The notes below the pieces were generated by a model. The model was not told the DNA's origin and made no database searches. It saw only the letters and a list, made by a program, of their open reading frames with translations. Positions 13,783 through 29,800 of a stretch of DNA of 64,000 nucleotides are shown in pieces. The translations under genes were made by a program, and so were the position numbers. Position 1 is the stretch's first letter; each line of letters starts with the position of its first letter. This DNA is from the human T2T-CHM13v2.0 reference genome, Homo sapiens: NCBI RefSeq assembly GCF_009914755.1, contig NC_060930.1; one strand, given 5' to 3'.

Positions 13783-14559
13783 TTCGGTATAGACTTCTTA
13801 TTCTGAGTTGAATTTTAGTGCAATGCCATTGTCCAGTACAAGAAACTCTGTATGTAACCTATGAATGGATTTTTTAAAATGTTGTTGAGGATATCTTTTA
13901 TTACATTGCAGAGCCCCTTCTTTTAGATAGATCTTGAGTTTATTTGGGCACAGGGGCAGGGTTAATACATAGAATAGTTATTATTTTAATTGTCTTCATT
14001 TTACCTTATGATCGATTTCTGGTAATTGCAGAACTGATAATGTTTCCAGTTTCCCATTTGTTTTTAAAAAACTTACAATCAAATTTATAGCTCACTTTTA
14101 GCAAATGAAAAATTTCATGACATATATTTGTGATGTTGGCCTAATTCCTGGTTTCATTTCCTGTTCTTATAATTTTTCCCTAATGTTCTTCTATTGTTTA
14201 CAACAAACTGCTTCTGAAAGCTCTGTCTCATCACCTCTGCCAACCTCTGGTTTCAGTTGCAGCTTCATAGGATCTTAGAATCCCTTGGTGCTACATATTT
14301 TTCTTGCTGCCTTGGAGACTTCCTGAACCTTGGGAAACAGAGATTTATTCAGAGGTGTATATAATTGACCTAAAGTCAGTTCAATCAAAGAGAATTTCAG
14401 GTGAATCCTAATAAATATATTGTCTTGCAGAATTCTCATAATTTTATCATATTGACTCTACAGTGTGTGTAGCCCAGAGTAAGTACTCAATAAATATCAA
14501 TTATTTAAATTAGTATCAAACAGTCCCATTACTTGAAACAGTATGTATAGATTCATGAT

Positions 14560-15806
<1,247 letters not shown>

Positions 15807-17121
15807 ATCCTGCTCACTGACCATTTTCCACAAAGATATTTTCACATAAGTTGAACATATTTAATTTTACATACTATATGCTTTCTTCAACTAACCTTGA
15901 GGAAGATAGACAACCTGCTTTTTACAGACTTATTAATATTTCAATCATATTCTATAGTTTTTGCTTTGTATATGAAGGGGAAAAGTGTATTAATCCTACA
16001 AAGGTCTAGAGATAAACTCCAGTTTGCAATTCCATGTGGCAGATAAAATTCCAAAGCATACACCTAGTCTTTTAAAGCAATAAAGTCTATAAAATGGATA
16101 ACATTAATGAAATTTAAGAAAAAGAAGAGGTTATTCTTACTAAAGATCTCAGGAAAATTTTCTTTTTATTAAAAAAAAGGTTAAACAAGCTTTGTAACAG
16201 AACTAGTATTTAGATATTTGGAATTAAAAATAAAGGTTTTTACAGGCTAGGGAAGCACTATAAAAATAGTTATGGTAACTATTGTATTTTCTGTTGAAAA
16301 TGGATTCCTACTAAATATACATCATAAATAAAAATTAAATACATTTCATATTGATTCATTTTGTATATCAAGTAAAATAGATTTTTTTGGTTCATATCAA
16401 TTATGATTTATAGTGTTACCTCATCTTTCAATAGCTATGTGAGCATAGCACATGGTATTATTCAATTTTCCACTTGATGAAAGTTAACTTTATTTTAAAA
16501 TGTTTCTTCTTACAAATAACATTCTTACATGTAAAGTCTAATAGTTTTCTTCAGTAGAGCCTTTAATTATAAGGAAAAACAAAGCAACATGTCAAACAAA
16601 GTCATTTCAAAAAATAAGAACAGACTAAAATATATTACAAAATTACAAAAAGAATCAGAATAAATAATTGGAAAGAGAAGAAAACTCTTGTTCATTTATT
16701 CTCTTGGTTATAAAATCTCTTTCACATTTTCTTATATGAAATCACATTTCCCTATTAGAGGATGGATAGTATTTTACTCTTAGTCATATGTATAATAACG
16801 TAAGGAAATAAAAAAATTTTACTATCCACAGTAAGTTACAGGGAGAATATTTCCTCTTGGATATAGAAACTTAAATACAATTTTATGTGTGTATGTGTGC
16901 GGGTGAGTATGAGTGGGTGGGAATGATTGAGGAAACAGTTTGCTAATTAGCCTTAATATTAAGGAACAAAATGACAATTTTGCATAAGGCAAAATTTCTT
17001 CTACTCATCTCATAAGTCTTAAAGTTCAGTTATGGAGTTGCATATGTATTGAATTGTGTAGTGTGCCCCGCCCCCCCAAATTCATATATTCCATAATACA
17101 TCATACCTTATTTGGAAGCAG

Positions 17122-17744
17122 TGTAATTGAAACACAGGTTCAGTTACACACTGCTTTCACAGTCCAGTTAACAAGAGTGAAGTCTGATATAAGGAAAATG
17201 ACTTTTCACTTAAAAGCTGTTTAGGGGAATTACTGAGTTCCTGCCTTAAGGGTACCATCTTGCTTTTAGAGCGGAAAGCAGGCACTATTAAAAGGGGACC
17301 TGGCATAAATGGCACACAGGGGAGGAATTGAGCCAATGAGGGTATGCATAACTTGTTTCGGTGCCTTAACTACTGGGTGGTCGTGCTGGTGACTACTGGA
17401 GCTTTTATAGGCAGGACTAGGTTGTAAAAGTGGCTGAAAACTCTCCAGGTGGGAGAGAGTTTTGTAGTGGGCATACTTTGGGTTGAGGCAACCTCCTGGT
17501 GGGAGAGAGTTTTGCCCTGAAGCTTCTAAACACATAGTTAGATAAACTTGCCCTGTAGGTAGTGTCTGCTGAATGGCAGGTAAAAGGTTATAATTGCATT
17601 TTTACTCTTTTTTTTAGCCAAAAGGCTGAGAAGTGATATAATTGCATTTCTAAAGAGCTAAGTAGGAAGTAGGGAAAAGGAGGAAAGAAAAGAGAGAAAA
17701 AGTAATTAAACCATCTCTTAGAAAAATGGAGGTACTCAGTTACA
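17122..17744 (-). mobile_element. ERV1-class solo LTR (LTR29-like)
   Basis: TG...CA termini (tgtaattga...tcagttaca); 4-bp TSD gcag/gcaa; subfamily name tentative. Confidence 0.75.
17603..17637 (-). pseudogene. 3'-truncated U2 snRNA retropseudogene (U2 nt 1 to 24-35)
   Basis: Minus strand ATCACTTCTCAGCCTTTTGGCTAA vs U2 ATCGCTTCTCGGCCTTTTGGCTAA (only two CpG transitions); TSD ataattgcattt at 17590-17601 and 17638-17649. Confidence 0.88.
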
Positions 17745-17943
17745 GCAAGGTGCTATAAGCATAATTAGTTAATGTGAGGTGGTAGTGGATTGGAGTGAGT
17801 GGGTCACAATCCAATAACTAAGGTATTTCTAAAAAAAGAACCCAGAGACACACGGATACACAGAGGAGGAGGCCATGTGAGAACAGAGGTAGAAATTACA
17901 GTGATTTGTCTAAAAGTAAACACCAAGGATTGCCAACAACCAC

Positions 17944-18841
<898 letters not shown>

Positions 18842-19195
18842 CCTGATAACATCTTGATTTCAGACTTCTAGCTTGCAGAATTGTGGACAGTACATTTCTG
18901 TTGTTATAAGCCATCCATTTTTTTTTTACTGCTTTCTTACAGCAGCCCTAGGTGACAAATACTATATGTAACTATGTAGATCTTTTCTAATGATAAGCTT
19001 ATTTCATGTAATTTATAAGAAGCTTCATACCACCTTATACTGATGAAATAAATATTTCCTGTTTTCGATCTTGTCAAATATATATATAACATTTGAAATT
19101 TTTAAGAATTTATATTGAGTAAACTGTATGCTTCTATTTGAAATGATACCTAACAACACATTAGAAATTCAAGAGAACATCTGAATACTTGACAG

Positions 19196-19506
19196 TTTTG
19201 TTTTGGTTTTGGTTTTGGTTTTAGAGGTGGGGTCTTGCTCTGTAACCCAGGCTATAGTGTAGTGGCACAATCGTGACTCGCTGCAACCTTGAACTCCTGG
19301 ATTCAAGTGATCCTCATGCCTCAGCCTCTGTGAAGCTGGGACTGCGGGTGTGCACTACCACACCTGACTAATGTTTTTAAGTTATTTGTATAGATAGGGT
19401 TTTGCTATGTTGCCCAGGCTGGTCCTGAACTCCTGGCCTCAAGCAATTCTCCTGCCTTAGCCTCCCAAAGTGTTAGGATTACAGGCATGAACCACTGCAC
19501 CCAGCA
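19196..19506 (-). mobile_element. AluJ with (GGTTTT)n tail
   Basis: AluJ features gctatgttgcccaggctgg and aaccttgaactcctgg. Confidence 0.93.
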
Positions 19507-20421
19507 TTGATGCTTTTTAATCGAAGTTTTAAAAGGAGAGTCCCCTCATCAGCTTTCTACAAAAGCAAAATTTCTTTTAATGAAAAATATTCACTAAACT
19601 TCACTGATGATTAATGGCAGAAGATAAATTTGAACTGTGTATTAACTGAACCCCAAACTGAAGTCCACAAGAAACACCCCACTTTTAACACTTTTCTATA
19701 AATCAGTTATAATCCATTTTGCAATCATTGGAGGATCCCATTCATTTATCTTGTTCACAGCCTAGAAATCAAGAGACTATGGAAATGTAGAAAATATTCT
19801 CAATTTTCATTGGAAAAGTGATAAATAGGCCTCTAATAACCACTACTTCATAGATGACCCTGACATCTTCATGGTACAAGCTTAAAGTGTTCTCTTGCCC
19901 TGTAGTGTTTGTCTACATCCTGCAACAAATGATAAGTTCTCTTCCTTTTCCTTTGCCAATTTCACAAACTCTTTCATGGGGCATAATATAGTCCCTGACA
20001 AGCTTAAGACTTTTTAACAATATAGTCAACCACTTTCCAGTTTCTCAGAATCACTCCTTTCTCATTCCCTTAAAATGTACCCTTCTCTCAATGAAAGGAA
20101 AAGTAGATACAAATTTTCATTTTGGCCTTACATGGAAGAAAAATTTCCCAAAAGTCTTGGCCACCATCTTAAAGTGGGAGAGGTAATGAGAAAAAAAAGA
20201 CAGAGATAAATCATAAATTAATGTCCTAATAATTAAACTACTTCAAAGTTCCAACAAAGAGTAATACATCCAAGGATAGAATGAAGAAAGGACAACATAT
20301 GATAAGAGCCTTGGGGAAAGAGAAAATAATGTTACAGAAAAAAAAAAGATTACGTATAAAAACCTCAAAATATCCTCCATATTCTTGACATATGTCATAG
20401 ATATTTACTGTGTTTAGATAT

Positions 20422-22736
20422 TGATATGGTTAGGCTTTGTGTCCCCATCCAAATCTCGTCTTGAATTGTAATCCCCATAATCCTCACATGTCAAAGGAGA
20501 GACCAGGTGGAGGTAATTCAATCGTGGGGGCAGTTTCCCCCATGTTGTTCTCATGATAGTGAATGAGTTCTCATGAGATCTGAAGGTTTTACAAGTGGAT
20601 ATTCCCCCTTTGCTCAGCAGTTCTCCTTCCTGCTGTCTTGTGAAGAAGGTGCCTTGCTTCCCTTTCCACCATGATTGTAAGATTCCTGAGGCCTCCCAAG
20701 CCATGCTGAACTGTGAGTCAATTAAACTTCTTTCCTTTATAAATTACCCAGTCTCAGGCAGTTCTTTATAGCAGTATCAAAACAGACTGACACAGTAAAT
20801 TGCCACTGCAGAGAGTGGGGTGCTGCTATAAAGATACCTGAAAATGTGAAAGCAACTTTGGAACTGGGTAACAGGCAGAAGTTGGAACAGTTTGGAGGGA
20901 TTAGAAGACGACAGATGTGGGAAAGTTTGGAACTTCTTAGAGACTTGTTGAAATGGCCTTGAGCAAAATGCTGATAGTGATATGGAAAATGAAGTTCAGG
21001 CTGAGGTGGTCTTAGATGGAGATGAGGAACTTGTTGGGAACTGGAACAAAGACGAATTTTGCTGTTTTAGCAAAGAGACTGACATTTGGCAGAAGAAATT
21101 TCTAAGCAACAAAGTATTCAAGAGGTGACTTAGGTGCTCTTAAAAGCATTCAATTTTATACATTCTCAAATAGATGATTTGGAATTGGAACTTCTGTTTA
21201 AAAGGAAAGCAGAGCATAAAAGTTTAGAAAATTTCAGCCAGACAATGCAATAGAAAAGAAAAATCCACTGTCTGAGAAGAAATTCAAGCCAGCTGCAGCC
21301 AGCTGCAGGAATTAGCATAAGTAACAGGGAACCAAATGTTAATTGCTGAGACAATGGGGAAAATGTCTCCAGGGCATGTCAGAGGTCTTGAATCACAGGC
21401 CTCCCATCACAGGCCCAGAGGCCTAGAAGGTTTTGTGGCTGGGCCCAAGCCCTTGCTGCTTTGTGCAGTCTCAGGTCTTGATGCCCTGCTTCCCAGCCAT
21501 GGCTAAAAGTAGCCAACATACAGCTCAGGTCATTGCTTCAGTGGGTGCAAGCCCCAAGGCTTAGTGGCTTACACAGACTGTTGGGCCTCCAGGTGCACAG
21601 AAGACAAGAATTCAGTTTTGGGAACCTCTGCATAGATTTCAGAAAATGTATGAAAATACCTGAATGTTCAGGCAGAAGCTTGTTGCAGGGGTGGAGCCCT
21701 CATGTAGAACCTCTACTAGGGCATTGTGGAAGGGAAATGTGGGGCTGGAGCTCCCATGCAGAGTTTCCACTGGGACACTGCCTAGAGAAGCTGTGAGAAG
21801 AAGGCCACCATCCTCCAGACCTCAGAATGATAGATCCACCGACAGCTTGCACTGACAGCATGTGGCTGGAAAAGCCACAGACTCTCAATGCCAGCCCACG
21901 AAGGCAGCTGGGAATGGGGCTGTACCGTGCAGTACAACGGAGATGGAGCTTTCCGAAGCCATGGGAGCCCAACTGTTTTATCAGCACAACCTGGATATGA
22001 GACATGGAGTTGAAGGAGATCATTTTGAAGCTTTAAGATTTGACTGCCCTTCTGGATTTCAGAATTGCATGGGGCCTGTAGGTCCTTCGTTACGGCCAAT
22101 TTCTCCTATTTGAAATGGGTATATTTACCCAATGCCTGTACCTTCACTGTATCCAGGAAGTAACTAACTTGCTTTTGATTTTACAGGCTCATAGGTGGAA
22201 GGGACTTGCCTTGTTTCAGATGAGACTTTGGATTTGGACTTTTGGGTTAATGCTGGAATAAATTAAGACTTTGGAGGACTGTCTGAAAGAAATGATTAGT
22301 TTTGAAATGTGAAAGAAATATGAGATTGGGAGGGGCCAGGGCAGGATAATATGGTTAGACCTTGTGTCCCCACCCAAATCTCATCTTAAATTGTAATCTC
22401 CATAATCTCCATAATTCCCACATGTCAAGGAGGAGACCAAATGGAGGTAATTGCATCATGGGGGCAGTTTCCCACATACTATTCTGGTGATAATGAGTGC
22501 TTTTCATGAGATTTGATGGTCTTATAAGTGGCTCTTCATCTTTTGCTTGGCAATTCTCCTTCCTGCCACCTTGTGAAGAAGGTGCCTTGCTTCCCCTTCA
22601 CCTTCTTCCATAACTGTAAGTTTCCTGAGGCCTCCCAGCCATGCTGAACTGTGAGTCAATTAAACCTCTTTCATTTATTAATTAATTATGCAGTCTCGGG
22701 CAGTTCTTTACAGCAATATGAAAATGGACTAATGCA
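20422..22736 (+). mobile_element. Full-length THE1D MaLR (5' LTR 20422-20794, internal 20795-22346, 3' LTR 22347-22736)
   Basis: Two homologous LTRs around THE1-int; 5-bp TSD gatat/gatgt. Confidence 0.95.
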
Positions 22737-22782
22737 GATGTTTAGAATAGATAGTGTTAAAAGACCTGATAATTGAGAAACT

Positions 22783-22814
<32 letters not shown>

Positions 22815-22893
22815 CATATATATATACACATATATATATATATACATATATGTATATATATATACATATATATATACATATATATATATATAT
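22783..22893. repeat. Interrupted (TA)n/(TATACA)n microsatellite, ~110 bp
   Basis: Direct inspection. Confidence 0.95.
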
Positions 22894-24689
22894 GCATGAG
22901 CATACACACAGAACAGACAGATATGCACATTTCATTAAATAGTATTTTCAGTATTTGGATAAACTGAAGAATAATTATATAATAAACCTTTTAAAACATT
23001 GTGTTTGGTTGGAGATTGTAGATGTGTCTCTTCTATAACTAAAATTGCAAACTTACCCTAAGCTAATTTTCATACACTCATGTTTTTATTCAACCAATAT
23101 TCCACTTTAATTTGATTATCTTTAAAACACTGTAAGAGGAGTACAGAAATATTTTCTAATCAAAAGCTTATAGAGAAATCGTATGTTGTTCCATTTGCTC
23201 TTACTAAGATGGCAATATTATAGTGACTAAATTTCTCTGATTTGATAAAGCATATAATTTTGTCAAAAATTTTACTTGTCTAATTACTATCATTAGAAGA
23301 TTTGTGGAGGTTAGCAACTCTTGAGCACAAAATTTAGAAAGTAGGAAATGAGCTTGACCAGGTCAAGAGATTTAAAACTCAGAAACTCTATTATTTTATA
23401 ATGAGCAAAGAGACAGTTTGGTTTTATAGATAGAATATTAGATATGAAGGGAATCAAAAGTCATATTTCTGACTGCTATTTTGCACACCATCATAATTTA
23501 ATCAGTTTACAATTTTATAGTCACTGCCTTTATTTGAGTGGTAATTGCTTTAAACTCTTTGGGTACTGGGATTTTGACACAAACACATGTAGATAATAGC
23601 CGTTACCTAAGTTTTCCATAATATGGACATATCAATGAGTGTAAAAAGTCTACCCCTCAATAGCTCTTTTTTTCTTTTAACTCCTGCTACTGAATGTGGG
23701 TCCATTTAAGCTATCTCTAGAGCAGGATCCTGGAGAACAGAGAAGTACTCCTTCCGTAAGTTAGTGACACTTGATTTTTCCTAAATTACTTTTTTCTCTG
23801 AAAGGTAAATGGATAGTAGATTATATCCCAGCTGGCCAATGACTGATACCCTAGTGGGGCTGCCTCCTCCCACAGTCAGAGTTTTCCAGAAAAATGCTGT
23901 CAGGGCCTTAATGTTTTTGTCTGGGAAGTATTGTGAGGCTTTGGATTTAAAGAGTAAAATAAAGTCAAAATATCAAGATCTTTCGGGTGTGTCAACCAAA
24001 TATGGCAGCTCCATGGCTTTATTTAGGCACTTCTCACCTCTCTGGGGTGTAGGGAAACTGTATCAAGGTAAATATCTAGGTCACAGTATTTGATTTTTCA
24101 TTCTCCCCACAACCCCACTTCAAGTGTTGTAAAAGTCTTTACCTCAGCAGGGGCTAAATTATAGAGCAATATCCTTCCCTGATTGCATTTTGTGGATTTC
24201 CATGTTCTATATTTTGCTTTTGAGGGTTGAGGAAAAATCATGGTCTTAATGGAACTCTGAGTTCAAGGTCCCACTCTATGAAGGTTTCTGCCAGAATCCT
24301 TTAAATCCCCCAATGATACAGGGTAGAGCAGAATTGCTTCCTCTAGTTTTTCCCTACCACTGGCCCGGCCTTTCAGTCATTCAAGTAACAAAATCCAGGG
24401 CATTTTCTTATCCCTAAAAATGATTACTAACTATACACACTCATTTATAATATCTAATGCTCTCAACTGTTTAGGGCATTAACAAAAAAAGTTTAGTAAT
24501 TTCTGAGTTAATTTTTGATACACTTTGTTACACTGATCCCATGATCACAGGGTACATTATGAGTCTTGAAATAAATTTTAGAAATTTATTGTTTTCATAT
24601 AAGTGTATCTTTTTGTCTGCATTATCTATTAAAGGAAGTCAGGAATACCAGCAAAAACCAGAAATGCAGATTAATTTAAGAGAAGTTAC

Positions 24690-25030
24690 AGGACAGAAGT
24701 CTACTCTACTATATATACAAATTTAATATGATCCAGAAATTATCAACACATAGGTAGGATTACTGAAGTGGTAATGAGGAAATTGATTATTAACAAAGTA
24801 AGAAAACTATAGGATTCTCACCTCATATTAAAGAAGGAAACTCACACTGTCTAACTAAAAGAGACAAATGTTATACCTCAGCTTATGAAGGTATATGGAA
24901 ATATACACAAACATTGTTAGATGAGAAAAAATTTCTAATAAATTTCTGAAGGCAAAATAATAGCTTAAATTTCTTACAAATTTAAAATTTCTGCATGTCC
25001 AAACAACAAAAAGGCAGTCAACATATTGGA
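24690..25030 (+). mobile_element. Old L1M ORF2 fragment
   Basis: ggattctcacctcata...aaatttaaaatttctgcatgtc. Confidence 0.5.
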
Positions 25031-25639
25031 AGTATATATTGTCCCTGACTACCTGACTAGGAACTAATAATACTTGGTTTGAACTTTGACGATTTTAATG
25101 GACTTTATTAAATTTTGTCAGTATCTAAATCCTCCTCTGATGTTTAAGGAATTTCTCACTCTAATGACTCATGCTATGGAAGCCAAATACTTGATTTTTC
25201 CCTCCTCCTACCAGCTAGTTCACAATACTACAACTCAGGCTTGTCCCTTGTCCTATCATTCACACCAATGTGAGGTATTGATTTAGGAGCTGATTACTCA
25301 GCAAAGTGAGGGAAAAAAATCACTCAGTGTATTATGGTAGCCCCCACTCTCTGAAGGGGGTTCCTATTTCCATCATGTAGATGAGCATGGTTCAACTCAA
25401 TGAACCATGAGTCATACTTATTTGTCATATCGACAGAGTCTTTTTGGGCTGCTCACCTCTCTCTCAGATTATGACCACACATCTCTTATTCACCACCTTG
25501 GGTCATCATCTGACCTTCCTCCCTTTTTAAGATTCAATTTTATTTTACATGATTCAGTATGCACCCTCTAGTTTAGTTCCTTTTATTAATATGAATAGAC
25601 TAAAGGTATAATGCATCTTATCAACCGAGTTCCCTTTAA

Positions 25640-25773
25640 TGATTTGTTGGCAGAACCTACCAAGAAGCCAAAGATAAATGAGCCTGAAAAATGTAGTTTT
25701 TAGAGTCCCAGCACCATGATCATAGAGCATGGAAGAGAAGTGACATTGATAAACAATGGAAAAAATAACCACA
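25640..25773 (-). mobile_element. Old MLT1 (I/J-like) LTR fragment
   Basis: ggcagaacctaccaagaagcca...aaatgtagtttttagagtcccagc. Confidence 0.4.
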
Positions 25774-25878
25774 TTACCTCATGTATTTGTTTTGATGATT
25801 GAGTTAGTCCTTATAAGATTCTTACAAAATAAGTGCTAAATAATCCTTTTTTTTTCTTAGAAGTGCATCTCTGGGGGG

Positions 25879-26347
25879 TGTTATGAGTGGAATTGTGAGC
25901 CCCAAAACTTGCCAAATTCATATTTTGAAATCCAACTTTCCAGTACCTTAGAATGTGACTTCATTTGGAAAATGGTTGCTACAGATTAAATTAGTAAAGT
26001 GATCATACTAGAGTGTGTAGACCAGTAATCCAATATGACTGGTGTCCTTATGCAAAGAGGAAACTTGGATGCAGGCAGACAAACAGGGAGAACTCCATAT
26101 GAAAATAAAGGTGGAGATTGGGGTGATGTTCTTACAAACCAAAGAATGCCAATGACTGTCAGAAAACTACTAGAAGCTAGAGGAAAGTCATAAAAGAGTT
26201 TCTTCCTCGAAGCCTTCTTAAGAACTAACTCTACTGACACCTTGATCTTGGACTTCTAGCCTCCAGAACCGTGAGAAAATAAATTTCTGTTGTATAAGTC
26301 ACCCAGTTTGTGATACTTTATTAAGACAGACCTAGCAAAATAATACA
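25879..26347 (+). mobile_element. MLT1C solo LTR
   Basis: tgttatgagtggaattgtg...cttgatcttggacttctagcctccagaac...taataca. Confidence 0.92.
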
Positions 26348-26569
26348 CATGGGAATCATTATTTGACTCCTTCACCCTAACTATTGAGCTCAGAAATGTG
26401 CACCTGATATAAAATTAGATTGGCTATAATATGTCCAATATTTCAGAACCTGAAAAGAAGTTGCTGTGATAATTGCTCACAGGGATTTTGAATGCAAGAC
26501 AGAAATATAAAGCAACTTATTGGTGGTTAGCTCCAAAAGCTGAGAGGTGCTAATAAAGAAGACAGTGTA

Positions 26570-29500
26570 CGGAAATTGTGAACAAGCAGAAGTCACGTAT
26601 TAGAAGGGAAATTACAAAGTAGTTTGTAGCAAGGACAAAAATAGACTAAAGACAAACAGAAATTTTACAGTAGTAATCAAAATGACAAAGCGATGAAGTT
26701 GTATAATGCAGCTAATGCAGAATTTAGGAGACAATTTATATTCTTAATGCAGGTATTGGAAAACGAGAAAAGTTGAAAATGCGTCATTTGAGCTCCAATA
26801 TCAAGAATATGGAAAAGAGAAAATCAAATTAAACTCAAAGTAGATATATAAATTAATCAAAATTAAAAAATAGAAAACTTCTCTACAAGAGAGAAAAAAT
26901 CCATAAAGCAGAGGCTAGTTCTTTACAAAATTAATAAACTATATTATACCTTAGTAAGGCATAGGAAAAAAGAAAACACAAATAATTATCAAAATTAAAA
27001 ACAAAGAGGGGTTATTACTTCTGAACTTTCAGACATTAATAAAAACTTTAACAATTTTATGCCAATACACTTAAAGGCTTAGATCAAACTTGTTCAACCT
27101 GCAGTCCATGGCCTGCATGTGGCCCAGGATGGCTTTGAATGCAGTCCAATACAAATTTATAAACTTCCTTAAAACATTATGAATTTTTTTTAAAGCTCAT
27201 CAGCTATCATTAATGTTAGTGTATTTTATGTGTGGCCAAGAGAATTCTTCTTCCAAATGTGATCCAGAGAAGCTGAAAGATTGGACATCCTGCCTTGGAT
27301 GAGATAGATATATGAAAAACACAAGTTAACATAACTAACACAAGAAAAAAAATGACTTCCTATATATATTAGAGAAATTTAATTGATACAAAATAATTTT
27401 TTCTTAAAGAAAATTTCAGGTTCGGGTGGTTTTGCTTGTGAATTCTTCCGTACTTGGAAGAAAGAAATAAGACCAATACTATGCACACTTTTTTAGAGAC
27501 AAGTAAAAGAATGAATGTTTCCTAGTTTATTTCATGAGACCACATAACCTTAATACAAAAACTTGACAAAAGAAGAATTACAGAACAATGTTTATTAACT
27601 CAGACACAAAAATTTTAAACAAGATGCTAACCAATAGAAATCAATGATATATGAAAAGTATGATATATCATAACCAAATGAGATTAATTCCAAAAATTTA
27701 AATTTAATATAATATCCAAAATTTATCAATGCAATTCAATACACTAATGAAAAGGAAATCATTATTTTTTCAATAAAGAATAATAATTTGATTAGATTTA
27801 ACACCCATTCATGATGAAAACTATGGTCAAATAAGAAATAGAAAAGAGTTTCTTTACCTGGCATAAGATATCTACAAAAAATCCTAAAAGATAGATAGCT
27901 AATTGTGAAATATTTAACACACACAGAGATGGAGAAAAAAGCAAGAATATTCACTATCAGCACTATATTTGACATTCTATTAGAGGCCCTAAGCAGTAAA
28001 GTAGTTACAAAAAAGTAATAAAAGGTATAAAGTTTGAAAAAAATAAGTAAATTTTTACTATATGCTCTTGACATATGTCGAAAATCCAAAATAAATTATA
28101 ATAATAACTTACATGTAAATTTATTAACACTCTCAATTACATAATTTAGCAAAAATGCCTCCTAATAAAAATGGAGGAAAATAGATCCATTTTACAAATT
28201 CCCAAAAATCACTGCATTCTTGAGAGTAAATCTAATGAAAAATGTACCAGAACTCTGCACTGAAAACTGCAAAATATTTAAGAGATAAATTAAATAAAAT
28301 GGAGAGATATGGCATGCTAAAGGATTGGAACACTAAATACCATTAAGTCATTAATCCTATCCAAAGTGTTCTAATGATTCGACATGTTGTCTATGAAAAT
28401 CTTGATAGTTTTTTTGTTTGTTGTTTTTGTGTTTTTATTTTTTTAGAAATTGAAGACCTGATTCTAAAATTTATGTGAAAACTCCAAGGAACTAGAATAG
28501 CTGAGGCAATAGAAAAAAACATAGCTGGAGGATTTAAAATATTGGCTACAAAGCCTTGATATAAAGCTACAGTATTGGCAAGAAGAATTAGATTAAGAGA
28601 AACAAAATAGAGATACCAGAAACAAACTTCGACAAATAGAGTCACCTGGTTTATGACAATGCCATCACACCAATTTGGTTTTTACAAAAGTGTTTGATTT
28701 GAGATCAATTTGATATCCACATTGAAAAGTGTATCTTGAATCTTATCTCACCTGACACACAAACGTGAAATTCAAGATGGATTATAACAACAAAATATAA
28801 GAGCTGAAACCACAAAACTTCTAGAAGGAAACATGAGAGAATGTCTTTGTGGCCTTGAAATAGATAAAGATTTCTTAAACAGGAAGCAAAAAAATGTTAA
28901 CCATAGAATAAAAGATTGAAAATTAAACATCATTTAAATTAAGAATTTCAACTCGTTCTGTCAAAGTACCCATACTCAGAATATAAAAGTAATCCTTATA
29001 AGTTAAAAAGAAAAACCCATACAACCCAGTAAAGGAATAGCCAAAGACCCAAGCACTTCACAAAAGAAGATATCCAAATAAGCGTTAAACATATGGAAAG
29101 GTGCACAGCATTATTTCTCATCAGAGGAATGCAAACTAAAACCACAATGAGATACCACTACAGACTCAACAGAATAGCTAAACTTAAATAGATGTAGATT
29201 ATAGAGAAACTGTAATGGCTGGAGGGAGGTTTTGGTGGGAGGTTACATTTATACAACCATCTTGGAAAATTAGCAATATCTACTAAAACCAAATATATGT
29301 CAAATTTTTGACCCAGCATTTCCCTTCCTTGGCATGTGTTCAACAGAAATGACAGTTTACGTTTGTCAAGACTTGTATGAGGATGTTCATCATAGCATAT
29401 CTATAATAAACCAAACCTGGAAACAATCCAAATGCCTTTCAATGATAAATGGGATAAACTATGTTATATTTATGCAATGGAACAGTGTATAGCACTAAAA

Positions 29501-29800
29501 GGACAAAATAAAATAAAAATACAGGACAACAGGACAAATCCTACATACATTATGCTGCACAAAACAAACAGACACTGAAGAGTATATTTTGCATGGTTGC
29601 ATTAACATGAACTTCCAGAACAGGCAAAGTAGCTTAGTGTGGGATATAATGTGGATGAGTGTAAATTAGGACAAGCATGATAGAGCCTTTGGGGATGCTG
29701 GAAATATTCTATAGCTTGATATTATTAGTGATGGCATAGAGGTCTACATATATAAACATTTACTGAGCTATGCACTTTTAAATTTTTATATTTCAAAAAA
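26570..29800 (+). mobile_element. Old L1 (L1ME/L1MD-like) ORF2 plus 3' UTR, ~3.2 kb
   Basis: Colinear degenerate ORF2 motifs (gaatgcaaactaaaaccacaatgagatacca, ctggaaacaatccaaatgcc); no intact frame. Confidence 0.85.
27085..27292. mobile_element. MER30 hAT-Charlie MITE inside the L1
   Basis: caaacttgttcaacctgcagtcc...ttggacatcctg; 8-bp TSD gcttagat/ccttggat. Confidence 0.9.
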
